Of a DNA stretch of 64,000 nt, positions 24,137-37,230 are shown one piece after another. The translations under genes were made by a program, and so were the position numbers. Within the stretch, counting starts at the first letter, position 1, and every line of letters begins with the position of its first letter. Below the pieces are notes generated by a model that was not told where the DNA came from, did no database searches, and saw only the letters and a program-made list of their open reading frames with translations. Source of the stretch: Stylophora pistillata (taxonomy: Eukaryota); NCBI RefSeq assembly GCF_002571385.2, contig NW_019217809.1:651098-715097 (forward strand), written 5' to 3'.

Positions 24137-26298
24137 TACAACTGTTAATGTGGGTAAAATTAGTTTCGTCGATTTGGGAACTTTTGATCATATATGAACT
24201 AATTAGTTCAACTAGGAATGGCAGGGTCGAAGTTAAGGTGCCCTGTGTTTTTTGAACAAAACACGTCTCTGAATTCACATTGAACGAGTAATTGAAAGGA
24301 GTTAATCGCTTTTTCGTTCCTGTAGCCGTCTTCTCTGTTTCTGTGGGTTCTAAAGGAAGAGGAAAAAACGACGATATATTTGATTTTCCAAACAAAGGTA
24401 CTCGTAACGTCAAACTCGATCGAGTTAGTTATTGCTTCTAAGTTGTCTTAAACAAAAAGTGCTGTTTTTCTCCTTGTAAGTCTGTCAGTACGTATGACTG
24501 AATGTGTCATGATTGCTAATAGACGTGTATAATTTTGACATAGTTCCTAATATCATACACTCAATTTTCCATTTTGAATGATTTTTTTACTAGCCAAACA
24601 GTAAAAGCTTAGAAAGGACACTATGGAAAGCACCCGTCGTTTCAATTAATCTAAACTCTAAGGGAGCAAAATGATGTTAATGATAATAAATATTTACGGA
24701 GCCTTTTCGTCGTCCTTCATACTATCCCATGTGTGTGTGAAAAAACCGTGAAGGCTTTGCGTGAAAAAAAATGATCGTAATTGTAAACTTCCCAGGTGCT
24801 CTAGAACAGAATGTTCCCACGGTAATCAACTGCGTAATTACATTTTGTTTGGTTTCATTTGCAACAAACTTAAACAGACATTCAACACTTCACAAACTAT
24901 TTTGATCCCTTAGAAAGAGGAGTCCTTTTAATTAATTCTGCTTCTCTTCCTATTTTAGGTTTTTGGGGATTAAAGTCGTGACATGAAAGAAAATTGTAGA
25001 TAAAATTGGCTTTGTTTTAGTATTCTATCGGATACCAATTTTTTTATTCAGTTTTATCTTTTCTTTTAGCCTAAAGTTACAATAGGTTTTCAACCTTTTT
25101 GATATGGTTTTTAATTGTTCTATTTAGAATCAACCACTTTGAATGGATAACAAAAGGTACTCAAAAGGTTCTGATACGCTTCGAATGATATCCCTTTTTG
25201 AAATTTTAGAGTACAAGTTTTAGGAGTGCAATCCTTGCGAATTGTTAAACGTTGTTTTAAACGAGATCGAAGGAGGCTTTAAATAGATAAAAGACAAACA
25301 TTTTCACAATCAACTGATTAGAGAATGAGAGAGACCAGGGAAATCACGAAATGAGGCAAAATACTAAAGATATTTTTGAGATATCAACTTAAAAGAAAGC
25401 CTTTTTACAATTTTTTTTAAAGAAAAGAACAAAGAAGTCATACTGGTTTAACAAAACGTGCCACGAGACCAAAGAGACAACTACGCACAAAAAACATGGT
25501 ATAACTGGTTTAGTTTTGTTGATTTTCAATATTATCAACTGCTGGCATCGGATTGCTTGTTCGAAGTTCTTAATTGAATAAAGAGGTTTCCACGATTGTA
25601 GAGATACTCCATTAATTGAGAGGCTTTCAATGAATTTCCTCAGCTAATTGCGTTCAAAGCCTCTTAATGGACCCCGCAGGCAAGAGGATCAAATTTCAAA
25701 GAGAGCTTGTTTCCCAAAGGATTTCCTGGGTGTCTTGTCGCCACCGCTAAATAGACATATAAAAACAGAGTTTACGAAGTGATTTCCATCTTATGATTCG
25801 GGGTTTCCTCAGATTTGATTCTGTTCAAGGCCTTGACCGCAGAGAAGAAGAAATGAGTCGATTTTTCCATCTTGTTGTAATTCTAGTCTCCTTCCTGTAT
25901 CAAGTGAGTAGGGTGTAAATACAACAATTTTAACGAACGTACTTTCGACAAAAGAAATCAGTTCCTTGAAAAGCGGTGTACCTTAAAGGGACCTTACAGA
26001 GACCTACTAAGATAAACTGGTTTTCCCTTTAAAGGTAGATCTTTTGGGAAACTATTCCGTTGGAAGTAAGACACTCCAGTAGAGTTTTGTCATTTAAGAA
26101 AAAACTCAAGACCTTTTCACTAAATTTATTAAGAGTAACCCTTTATCATATTTTTAACTTTTTAGCCTCTAGTTTCTAGAAATATTGCTATTTATTTATT
26201 TTCTATTTTATTCCGAGTAAACTTGATGGTTTTAGGATTAGTTTTGTAAAGCAGCCCGAGCAAGAAGTGGATATGTACGCCATATAAATGAACTGTCT

Positions 26299-26330
<32 letters not shown>

Positions 26331-29310
26331 GTTATTATTTTCCTAATAAGAGCTGTCCCAAAATAAGGTTTCACTATACTTTACCTTCGAACAAACACCT
26401 TAAAAGTAACACCGAAATGACGTATAGCTAAGCTTTCCTTGGTAGGCCAAAAGACAATTTTTTTTTTCAGACTGAAAAGTTTTTTCTTGTTCTATTTAAC
26501 TCTAAATAGCTGTAACTATTTCAGAATCCCATTTCTGACTTTGAAAATGGGCAGTTCGACTTATACACGAGTAAATGCGGTATTATTTTCGCTGTTAATG
26601 GGTGCACAAGAATGCATTTGAAAAGTGTTGATTTGATAGGTATAATTTATGTTTACAGAGCATAGCCACTGCCAGACAAGACCTCCACACTTTTCTATCA
26701 AAGGATGAGTTGAGAAGATATTTACAAACAGATTCCTACGAAACAGGTCAGGTGGCTCACTTGTTGCTTCCCTCTTTCCCAACCAGCGATTGTCGACGCT
26801 AGTAAAGCAACCATTTTAACATTAATGTTTATCCTTAGTTCCAGAATACGATGTCGTTAAAGTCCATAATCACAGAAGTAAGCGAAATGAATTTTCCACA
26901 AAGCAGGACTACAGGCTGTCAGCATTTGGAAAAGACTTTGCACTGACGCTGCAACCGAATGATGACGTCATTCCTGACACGGGACTGCCAATAGAGAGGC
27001 GAAAAAGAGACGGTGTGGTTGTCAAAGAGATCCATCATCCACATGGAAGATTTTATGAAGGCCAATTGACTTCGGATCCAAATTCCCATGTTACTGTGCG
27101 GGAGACTGATAAAAAGGGCCAACTGGTAAGTATATGTAAATCTGTAAATGCTTCACCTTAACAAGAAATAAGATATTTACTTTTTTAGAGATAGCGCTTC
27201 CTAGCATGAGAGAATGAAGGTAAGAGACTGTAGGCTTAAAATAGTTTTTTCTGTTAATGGCAAGGAGAGCTAGGTTACTTTTAGACTTACGGTATCCAGT
27301 CCCCAGGAATAATCATCTGAGAGTGAGCTATTTGGTGATTGCCTTATGGAAGAAAGAATAAAGGCCGCATGTGATATCCACGTGAGCATAATTCGCGTCG
27401 TGGGATTAGCTTCTTCTTCATAATACTAGGAATGGCACTGTATGAAAGATTAGAAGAGGAGAAAGGCTTATCTAAAGATTAAACCTTGCAGAGCGGTGCT
27501 ATAGTGAGTGATGGCCATCTGTACCACTTAGAACCTCTGCCAGATCATCTTCACCGACGAGCGGTATTACAAGGACCTGGGTACCATGTTATTTCCAAAA
27601 GAAGCGCTCGAGATCTGCCAAACCAAAAATTTATGTCGACTCATAACAAAGGTATTTAGATTTTCTTTCACATACTGATCTAGCTTAACTTACATCATAA
27701 TACTAACTTCACCTAGAATATCGGAAGCTTCCTGTTTTCCATTTTTATTTTTTTCTTTCCCTTTTCTTTATTGTGATCACAAAGTCACGGTGAATTTGCG
27801 GGAGGGAGGGGAGGGGATGGTAAGTGGACCACCTTAAAGTATTTCTGGGTTAATTTCAATCTTTTGAAACTGAATTTTCTCTCCATCCAAGTCGATCGCA
27901 TGTCCTCTCCGGTCCTTTATCTCGTGCATTCAGTTATTTTAAGATCTACAGGACAAATTATAAAATTTCTTTGGGTGCTTTATTTTCCCTATTTTCTAGA
28001 GGGGACACAAGAACACGAGGAAGTCCAAGATGATCAGAGTGAGACGGAAAAGACCAGGATGAAACGTGACGACGTTTATAAAGGCAACATATACATTGAG
28101 GCCATGCTTACCGCTGACAAAACAACCTGTGATTTCTATGGCAACGAGACACTTGACTACCTCCTGAATATTGCTAACCTGGTAATGATGAGATAAACTT
28201 TCAGTTACTAGAGAAACACAAAAACAAATAAAATGGTTTTCACTTCTGCTCTTATGCTGGTGGTCGATCTTAGCTCGAGTCTAATGGCTTACTGCGCAAA
28301 ATCTGAATAAAGTATTCCAAATTGATTTTTTCTGATTTCTAATTGAATTAGGTTATACTATAATCGAAACCACGTTTATCGACGCAAGTCATAGACCCGA
28401 TCGGGATCAGCGCCCTCGATCCTTTCCGCCGGCCAAAAAGATCAAGTTGGGAAGACGCAAAGTCGTTTGTCTTTCCATTTCCGTTTCTATTTTTCTTGCC
28501 TTAATTTTTCTGTAGGTCAGTCGGCTTTACAAGGATAAGTCCATTGGAATGCCAGTGTCATGGGTGCTCACGAAAGTCTTCCTTATTGAAGGGTTTGACG
28601 TAAGTGGGAGCTGTCAAAATCTTCGTTTCATACATCACTACATTTTATATTATTTTTGTTTGGTTTTGATCGTTTGCTTGTTTGTTTGTTTGTTTGTTTT
28701 ATCTTCATGATCAGCCAGACTTGGACTTTGCAGCAAACAATATACGTTCTGCAGGATCGTACTTTTGGAAATACAAAAGTTGGACCTTGAATAGGAACAC
28801 TGCAAATGGTAAACAAGAACATTATGATATTGCTGCCTTGCTTACAAGGTAGGTATCATCATGAGCATTTTTAGTTGAACAATTAGAGGTAACCTGGTTT
28901 GAATTATTTTCACTTATGTGCGCTACGGTGATTGGTCCATAAAGCGCGCGACACCCCCTCAACCAATTAGGAGTAAGGCTAAAAAGAAAACTAACTGCGC
29001 GCTTTTGTTTCTATCGGCTGTTTTCGGTTTCGTTGCACCATGGTAAGGCTGGCACACATAACTAAAAAACATGATAACACGTGCAAGTATATTAGAGCAA
29101 ACACTTTAACTATATGTTCTTTTTTGACAAAGTAATCTTATCTTTTGTTGGAAACAGGAGCGTATGTGGTCTGAACAGCTGCTCTATCAATGGTAAGGAT
29201 GAGTTTAAAACTGCCTCACGTGAACTTATCAGTTAACTAATTTACTTGTGTTTTTAATTTTTTTTTTCCATTCAAATATATACTTGCATCGTTTGTATCC
29301 TATAGAGACC

Positions 29311-29461
29311 CAGTGGCGGATCCAGACCTTGAGTTAAGAGGGGCGGTGGGCAGTTATATAGTGTGTGTTCACCTTTCGGCATTTCTTCCTTCTGCAATTT
29401 CTTTTTACCCAAAATAAGAGGGGGCCCGGGCCACTCAGGCCCTTCCCTAAATCCGCCTCTG
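29311..29461. mobile_element. MITE, ~150 bp, with AGACC flanking duplication
   Basis: TIR CAGTGGCGGAT / ATCCGCCTCTG; AGACC on both sides. Confidence 0.65.
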
Positions 29462-30859
29462 AGACCTCACAGGCGCATCAAAGAAATTTCTCCCCACTGC
29501 TGTTGTCCATGTTCAACTATCGAACCAAGTAGAGCACATAGAGTTTATCTGTAGTCGATGTCACTGCCTCAACTATTTAAATTTTCTTTGACCTTTGTGG
29601 TTTTCTTACCTACGTGCGCATGCAAAAGGCCAAATCCCAGTGCGACCAGGAAACGTTGAACTAACAAGCACCTTGTGAATAAAAAGCACTGATATTTGCA
29701 TTTTGATTTTAATTTTGTAATAATTTTTAACGTATTTATCCTCCAATAGGGGTCGCAAACAAGGGGCTTTGTGGCAAATACCCTGGCGTTAGCATAAACG
29801 TGGCTATTGGACTCGGTGCAGCGTACACTGTGACACACGACATGGCTCACAAGTAATTCTTATTTCTAGTACTGTTGGCACCTTTTTAATTTCTTCCCTC
29901 TCAACTTTGCCAGAAAACATTACTTGAACAAGCACCCTCATAACGAATATTTTCCTAATGATACTACCAATAATCTGAGATCTCAAGATTATCCGTAAAA
30001 AATCAATGGGATATTCAATAACCTAGATTGATTCTGTTTTTATCTCCCATAGTATCGGCTTAGGGCATGATACTGGAGACTGCCACAAGATGGGAGCAAT
30101 CATGCACAGGCAACAAGCCTATGGCCCCAAAGCATTCCACTGGTCCCCTTGCAGCATGAATCAACTGAAACAGAGGTTTACGTAAGTATATTCATTAATT
30201 TTCTTCAGTGCTGTTCCTTGTCTCTAGATCTGCTCACAAAGAGCAAATGTATTTTGTTCTCAATTTGGGAGACAAGGAAGGTTTTTTTCTTTCTTTTTAG
30301 TTTGAGAGTCTGTCTTGTATGCGGAAAAGCTCAAGGAAAAATATATTATTACAAATTATTCGGAAAGAACTAGATTAGGAATCTTGTGTAGTGTAAATTT
30401 TAATTTCAGTAATTAACTTTGCATTTTTACTTCCAGTTTACATAAATGCTTGCACAACCAGCCATCTGTACAGATCCCTCTGCCCAGTCTTCCTCCCCTC
30501 TTTTCAGCTGACGAACAGTGACAAATGGCTTATGGGAAAGACTATACTGCGTGCGGTGCAACACTTAGAGTAAGTACGTCGCAGAAATAGACAACCCATA
30601 TTATAATTTTAGAATGGAGAAGTGTATATCGTATTTCAACAGTTTTGATGGATGTAGCCATTGTAAAGCCGATCCTACAGTCGTTCATCCTGTTTTAGTT
30701 CGCACTAAGTGTGATATGAGGAATAAGCTATAGCGACTTTCTAGCTGAGTTTCTCTCGGTGACGCCACGGTTCGCGGAAGTTACTAGCGTTGATCCATTC
30801 AGGAACGCTGAGGAATTATAGATCAAGTTATGAGTTCTTGGTTGGCTTCGATGGCATAT

Positions 30860-31190
30860 TCAGCGACTATTCGACTTTTATTATAGAAGTGTAGCCATCT
30901 GGAATAAACTTGACTCAAGATTGAAACTATGTGAAAAACCAGCTTCTTTTAAGAGAGCTTTGAAAAGGCATCTCCTGAATGACTTTTTATTAAAATTACC
31001 ATTCTATTCTTAAAGTTATAAGTAACTTATATTGTATTAAACGTGTTATTAGTTAGTTTTGTATGTATAGTTATTAGTGTTATTAGTTAGCGTTGTATGT
31101 ATAGTATCAAGTATGTAAATTATGTAATTGTTCATTGAAAAGCCCCAGACGGGGATGTGTTCAATAAAATGTATGTGTGTATGTATGTAT
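30860..31190 (+). mobile_element. 3' end remnant of an L2/CR1-like LINE
   Basis: RTFYYRSVAIWNKLDSRLKL...SFKRALKRHL ORF2 C-terminus, then AATAAA and a (TGTA)n tail. Confidence 0.6.
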
Positions 31191-32417
31191 TTCATGCGCG
31201 TACGTTGGATTTGAGATGGTAATTTGTTAATTACATATACTTGTCAAAATCAGTAAAAATATGACTAACACACTGTATACGAGCTCAGATATCATAGCTT
31301 GTGAGGTACTACACATTTATAACGGTTTTCATTTTTTCAGGTGAGATATGTTTGTCCGTGAATTTGACCAACCACTGTCAAACATTAAAGGTCGTTGATA
31401 AATATTTTTTTAGGGAAGGTGCGGAGCTCTTTTCTGTGAAAGAAAAGGAGGCAGCTGTTTCAGTAGGTCTTCACCGATCGCCGAGGGAACGTTATGTGGC
31501 GTCAAGAAGGTAAAAACTTCTCTTAAAATACGATTTTAGAAATCTTTGATATTTCTCAATAAAGAGTAAGCGGTTCAATTGAGATTTGAAATTTCGTGTT
31601 TCTTTAGATTTGCCTAGCCGGACATTGCAGACATGAACCAAGAGTACCACTGCCTATTGACGGGGGGTGGGGCTCTTGGGGACCGTATGAAGTTTGTACA
31701 CGAACTTGTGGGGGAGGGGTGAGATACCGCAGTCGACAGTGCAACAATCCTGTGTAAGTATAAATACTTATTTGAAGACCAATGTTGGTCTAAAAAACCA
31801 GAATTATAAACTTAGTGAACACACCTTTCTTTCTTTCTTTTTCTTCAGACCTAAATTCTATGGAGAAACGTGCGAGGGATCCACCAAAGGTCACTTCGAA
31901 CTGTGTAACACTCAGGTTCGTTGATCAGTTTAAAAATCATCCGTAACTGTAATGTGGACCTTTACAATTTCTCTAATCCTGATAATAAAAAGATACAACG
32001 TATGGGAGTCTTCTCACCTCGGTTTCAAGATTCTTGGAAGATCTTACCACTGAGCCAAACTCGTCAGTTTTGAAAGGTTTACCAAATACAAGCTAGCTAA
32101 ATCGTAGATAGACTCAAATAGGAAAGCATGAATTTACAATTACTTTGTTTGTTTTTCCCCTCAGGAGTGCAGTGTTGATCGTTTTCGTCATCACCAATGC
32201 GAAGCACACAACACGGATAGTACAAAATACCATCCTCACTTTTTAGGAGGTATTGACATTTTATTTGCTTGGGGAACCTTAAACTGACAGTACACTAAAA
32301 GGTTTTTACTTGAAATAGCGAATTCTATCTAGGAAACCTGGATCTGAGTTGACGCCGCTGAGTCAAGCGCGTCCCTTGGACTTGGAGGGCACACCACGCT
32401 AATCGTGTTAAAAAAAA

Positions 32418-32454
<37 letters not shown>

Positions 32455-32894
32455 GTTGCAAAAACCGCTGATCCAGACTCCATATTTTGAGATGACCTTA
32501 ATTTATCATTATAACCATGATGGACATATCTTTTACAGCACTACCTATATACTGTATTTCTATAGAAGTTCAAAATTGTAAGGAACTACAGTAATAAAAA
32601 CTAAAAACGAAAAACGATATTTCTATTCTTTCCAATCAGGAAGTAGCAAGTGTACTTTGGCTTGCGTGACTGGGAGTCGAGGAGATTATTTTGGTGACGT
32701 CAAGGATGGGACCCGATGTGAAGGGAATAAAAATGTGTTTGATGTCTGCATTGGAGGAAAATGTGTGGTAAGTACATTGTTGAGGTATCGATTGATTTTT
32801 GGATTGATCGTGCTATGAATGAAAAACTTGCCGACTCCGTCCCGCTCGATTGTGAGCTGCGTCACTGACCCAGAGACTTAATTACTAACAGCTG

Positions 32895-33080
32895 GTTGAT
32901 CACTGACTGACCGACTTATGGACTGGTTGAATTACTGACTGAGCTGACTGACTGACCGACCGACAACAGACTCTTTGACTGATTGAGTGACTGATTGTGC
33001 TAACTGACTGGCGGACTGTCTGGCTGGCTGTTTGACTGACTAACTGATTGTCTAACTAACTAAGTGACCAACTGACTTTT
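32895..33080. repeat. Degenerate (GACT)n microsatellite
   Basis: Direct inspection. Confidence 0.7.
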
Positions 33081-36000
33081 CACCTAAATGTTTCTCTAAA
33101 TGAATTAGTAGATGAATGAATGAACGCAAACAGCAAGCATTTATATTGGTTTCCCCAACTATCTTGTAAGTCAGATGAAATGATTTCTTTTCTTTTTTTT
33201 TCAGCCGGTCGGTTGCGACAAGAAACTAAGATCAGGAAACGTATTCGATCGATGTTTGAATTGTGGAGGGAACGGTGGAACGTGTGTTCTGGTGACGGGG
33301 ACGTAAACAAAGAACTATCGAGTATATGGTAATTAATGATGTCAGATTTTCTATCTAGTTTACGATATTTTAACTAATAATGAAAATGAAAACTATGTCA
33401 TAGATTTGAACACATTTTCCTCCCTTCTATTTTTCATCTCAATACCTTGGAAATATGAATTGAAGCACTAGGGAAACTGTTTTATTACATTTTGGAATAA
33501 AAAATTTGATTATTACGGAAAAATTTCAAAAGTGTGCGTCACACTTTGATTACATTGTGTCTTTAAATGATTCTTATTTTCTTACTTATCGGTGGGACAT
33601 GCGCATCTGTGATGGAATCAAGAGAAGGATAGAAGGGTTGGAGTGTTTGCAAAAGAAATCTCTCTCATATTGAGAGGAGTACATAATGTTAATAGTCAGA
33701 CAGATTTTAAATATTCTCTTTCTTTCGATATCTTTCGCTAGGTCGCAACAACGGAGACATCATGTTCACCATTCCAAAAGGAGCTACAAATGTCCAGATT
33801 CAGGAGAGTAACAAATCTATCAACTTCCTGAGTACGTAAAATAATATCTTCTCCCCCCTCCCCGGTAGAAAGGGGCTGGGTAAGGCTCGGTAAAGTGTTA
33901 GAGGGAGTTGGTCCACCCTGACCTACATCTATCATTTCTTATACTTTTCAAAATCCGTTGAGAACCTTCTGTCAGTTCATTTCATTTTTTTGTCATTGAT
34001 TTTGCTTGTGTTAGCTTTCTGTTAGGGCTTTGTAACACCAACCAATACTCACAAGTCTTCTGCTTAGTTTGGATATCAAGCTTAAAATCCTGCCAAAAGC
34101 CAAAAGAGGTAACCAGGCAGAAATTTTTCATCTTTGAGCTCTGCGATTGGTTGGGAAATCACAGCGTCCTCTTAAACAGTCGGCGTAAAGCCAAAACCAA
34201 TATTGCGGCTTAGTCTTTGCTCTTCTCCTTTTCGTTGTTTACATCAATTTACTTGAGTTCTACGAGAATCCCTTTAATGTTTTCCTTTATTCTAATGACT
34301 TTTGCGACTACTTTTTCTTAAATGTTTGCTAAATGTTTTTACGAAGCTCATTCTCTTAGTTCCCTGGATCACAACATTCACAATTTGTCAGTAACTCGTA
34401 TTTTCAGGTATAAAGTCAACTAAAGCAGTCAAGGCGGTCGATTATTATGTCCCAGTCCCCAGCTGGACGAATACTTACGCGGCTGCGGGCACTTCCATCT
34501 ACCATTACATGAAGGGGTATATTGATGCTGAGCTAATAACCATCCGAGGACCAACAAATGAAGACCTGGATGCTATGGTAATTATTTGATTTTACGACTT
34601 TTTTTATGTCATTTCTTTTTTTGAAAAGGTGTTTAGCAAAAAAAATGAAGTACCTTACTGTCTACAGCGTTGAACTCTGGACTGGGGGATCTAGGTTCGA
34701 GAGTCGGTTCGAAAGTTGGTTGTCTGTTATTTAATGTCGAAAACGTGGGAAGTGCTTGCGCAATATTCCGAGCCAGAGGCTCATGTTCGACGTAATCTAG
34801 CATAAGCAGGAGGGAAAGCAAATCAAATATTAAGCAAGGAATTATTTCTGTATGTACGCTGTGTAGTTTTAGATCATGATCAACAACAATTAAGAAAAGT
34901 CAACTTTGACATGCTATTTCACATCCAAACGTTTACCTGACTGCCTTCAGCCGGGATTTTTTTGCACTACACATATGGACGACTAGCTGTTTTCTTCGAT
35001 TTTCCCATAGTACGTTTATTCTGGAAGACATGGCAATCCGGGTATATCTTACAGTTACTATGTCCCTGGAAATGGGAAAAGTACAACCTTCAAATGGAAC
35101 CAAACGATCGACAGCGAATGCAGTACCACATGTGCCGGAGGTAAACATGTTTTTATTGAAACTTTTATTTCGCTTTTGAATGGCAGCCGTGTGGCTTAGA
35201 CGACTCTCAACTTGGTAAAGCGTTGTTATGTACGTGTCTATTGGCTAGGGCTGCTAAGGCAGAAGGTGTTGGCTTACGTAGCTGAAAGAAAGAACAAAAC
35301 GCGTGTCGTTTTCAAATTTTATTCCGAGTGCCATTTTGGTAAATGAAATTAGTTGAAAATTGACAGAGGTAATTTTTCATTTTGAAAAGAACCACTTCAA
35401 CTTCACGCCTCTAAGTGGAAACACGCACGTCCCGACGACGACTGGAGCTTAGTCTTCCTACACCGAAAAGAGCCAGTTCTTTCAAAGTGGCTCAACTGCG
35501 CATGCGGGGATAAATTAAAAGCGCCCAAAATGAAATCGAGCCATTAACAAATAAGTAGAGCTTTGGTAATGTATCAATTGTGTAGAACGCCAGTTCCATT
35601 TGCTGCTAGGTGTTCAGATCATCAAAGCCACGTGCCACCGTGAGGATGACGCAAGTGAGGTGTCTGCTGTTTACTGTGACAACAACACTAAGCCAGCGGA
35701 GTCTAAGCCATGCAACCTGGCCCCTTGTCCGAAGGAGTAAGTATTAGCTTAAAACATACTTTGACGCGCATAGCTTGGCGGGAAACCATGTTGGATAGGA
35801 GATAAGCACCCCACCCTCTTACGTTTCTGTGATATCAAAGTTGCTGTTTTCCTTAATTCATGGAACTTGCCGACCCAAGCATCCACCAAACTAGTTCTCG
35901 AGATTAACACTAAAGGAAGATATCAAAGAAACTATGACAAAATGCTTCAAATTTTAATGGAGTTAACGTCTTAAAAAAAAGAAAAATAGTTATTTGCTTC

Positions 36001-36699
36001 CTTTCAGTCGCCACAATTGTTTGGTAAAAATCATTTCAAGAAAATGAACTAATTTTAGCCCATAATTTACCAGCCAAAGTTTTTGGTTGAAATGATAAAG
36101 CTTTGCAAATAAAGAAAGAAAATGAAATCACCAAATCGTGCTTGTATTTCACGTCTAGTGTTTCTTGTAGTTTTTTTCTTTTCTCATATTCACACAGATA
36201 TAAGTTGGGGGCTTGGAGTCCATGTTCTGAATTTTGTGGAGGTGGTCAACAGCAAAGAAATTTTACATGCGTACAAGTCATAACACAGAAGTACACCAAA
36301 ATTTTACCAGCTCCTAGTTGTAACCATTTGTCAAAACCGGGCAGTTCGAAAAATTGCAACAATATAGATTGCATGCCTCAATGGGTTACTGGTGAATGGA
36401 CACAGGTAAGAATCAACGCAAGCGCATATTTTTAAAATCTTTCGATTTCGACGCGATATGTCATTATCATCACCATTTTTTCAGTGCTCGGTTCCTTGTG
36501 GTGGTGGTGGCACCAAAACACGTCGGGTGGAATGTAAGAGAAAGCTTAGTAATGGTTCCTGGATTGCTCTGCCAGATGATCAATGCACTGAGAAGCCATC
36601 TTCTCAAATATCATGCAATCATGTGCCTTGTTACAAGTGGCGAGTTCAGTATCCGTGTGCCAGCTGCGGAGGTAGGCATCTTCGTTTGGTTGGACGATT

Positions 36700-37230
36700 G
36701 AGATTGAGATGGGGAAATGGGGTAGAAGGGGAGAGATAATGGAGAGGAGGGAATTGAAAAAAGAGAAAGTCGTTAGAGCAGAATGGAAAATGTGATGAAA
36801 AAATAGGAGTAATAGGTTAGAGGGGACCGGGAAAGGAGGAAAGGAAGGGGAGCAAGAGAAGAGGTGAGCGAAGTCAGGAAATGAGTAGGAATAGGAAAAA
36901 GATGTGGAGGAGATCTAAAAGGAAAAGAGGAATCAAAAACAAGGTAAGGAAGCGGCGGTGAAAAAGGAAGAGGTAGGAAAAGGATTAAGAAGAGGAGCAG
37001 GTGGAAGTAGAAGTATAGGATAGGTGACATGGGAGGAATAAGGAGGAGAGGGAAGATACAGGAAGAGGATCAAGCAGAGCCAGGAGGTACAGGAGACAGG
37101 GAGAGACAAAGGAAGAAGAGGAGGAGCTGGGGGGGAGCTTGAGGAGGTTGTAGGGATAGGAGGAAAGGGGGGACTAAGGAGGAAGGGAAGGGACCTATAC
37201 AAGGGAAGCTTGAGGAGGAGTGGAAGAAAA
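36700..37230 (+). repeat. ~530-bp purine (GA)-rich low-complexity tract
   Basis: Strong A/G strand skew. Confidence 0.8.

Noticed and set aside
30519-30521. Selenocysteine at the Cys-aligned TGA of the ADAMTS-like gene
   Set aside because: A second stop (TAA 33304) cannot be recoded, the Cys is structural, and I see no convincing SECIS after 38179.
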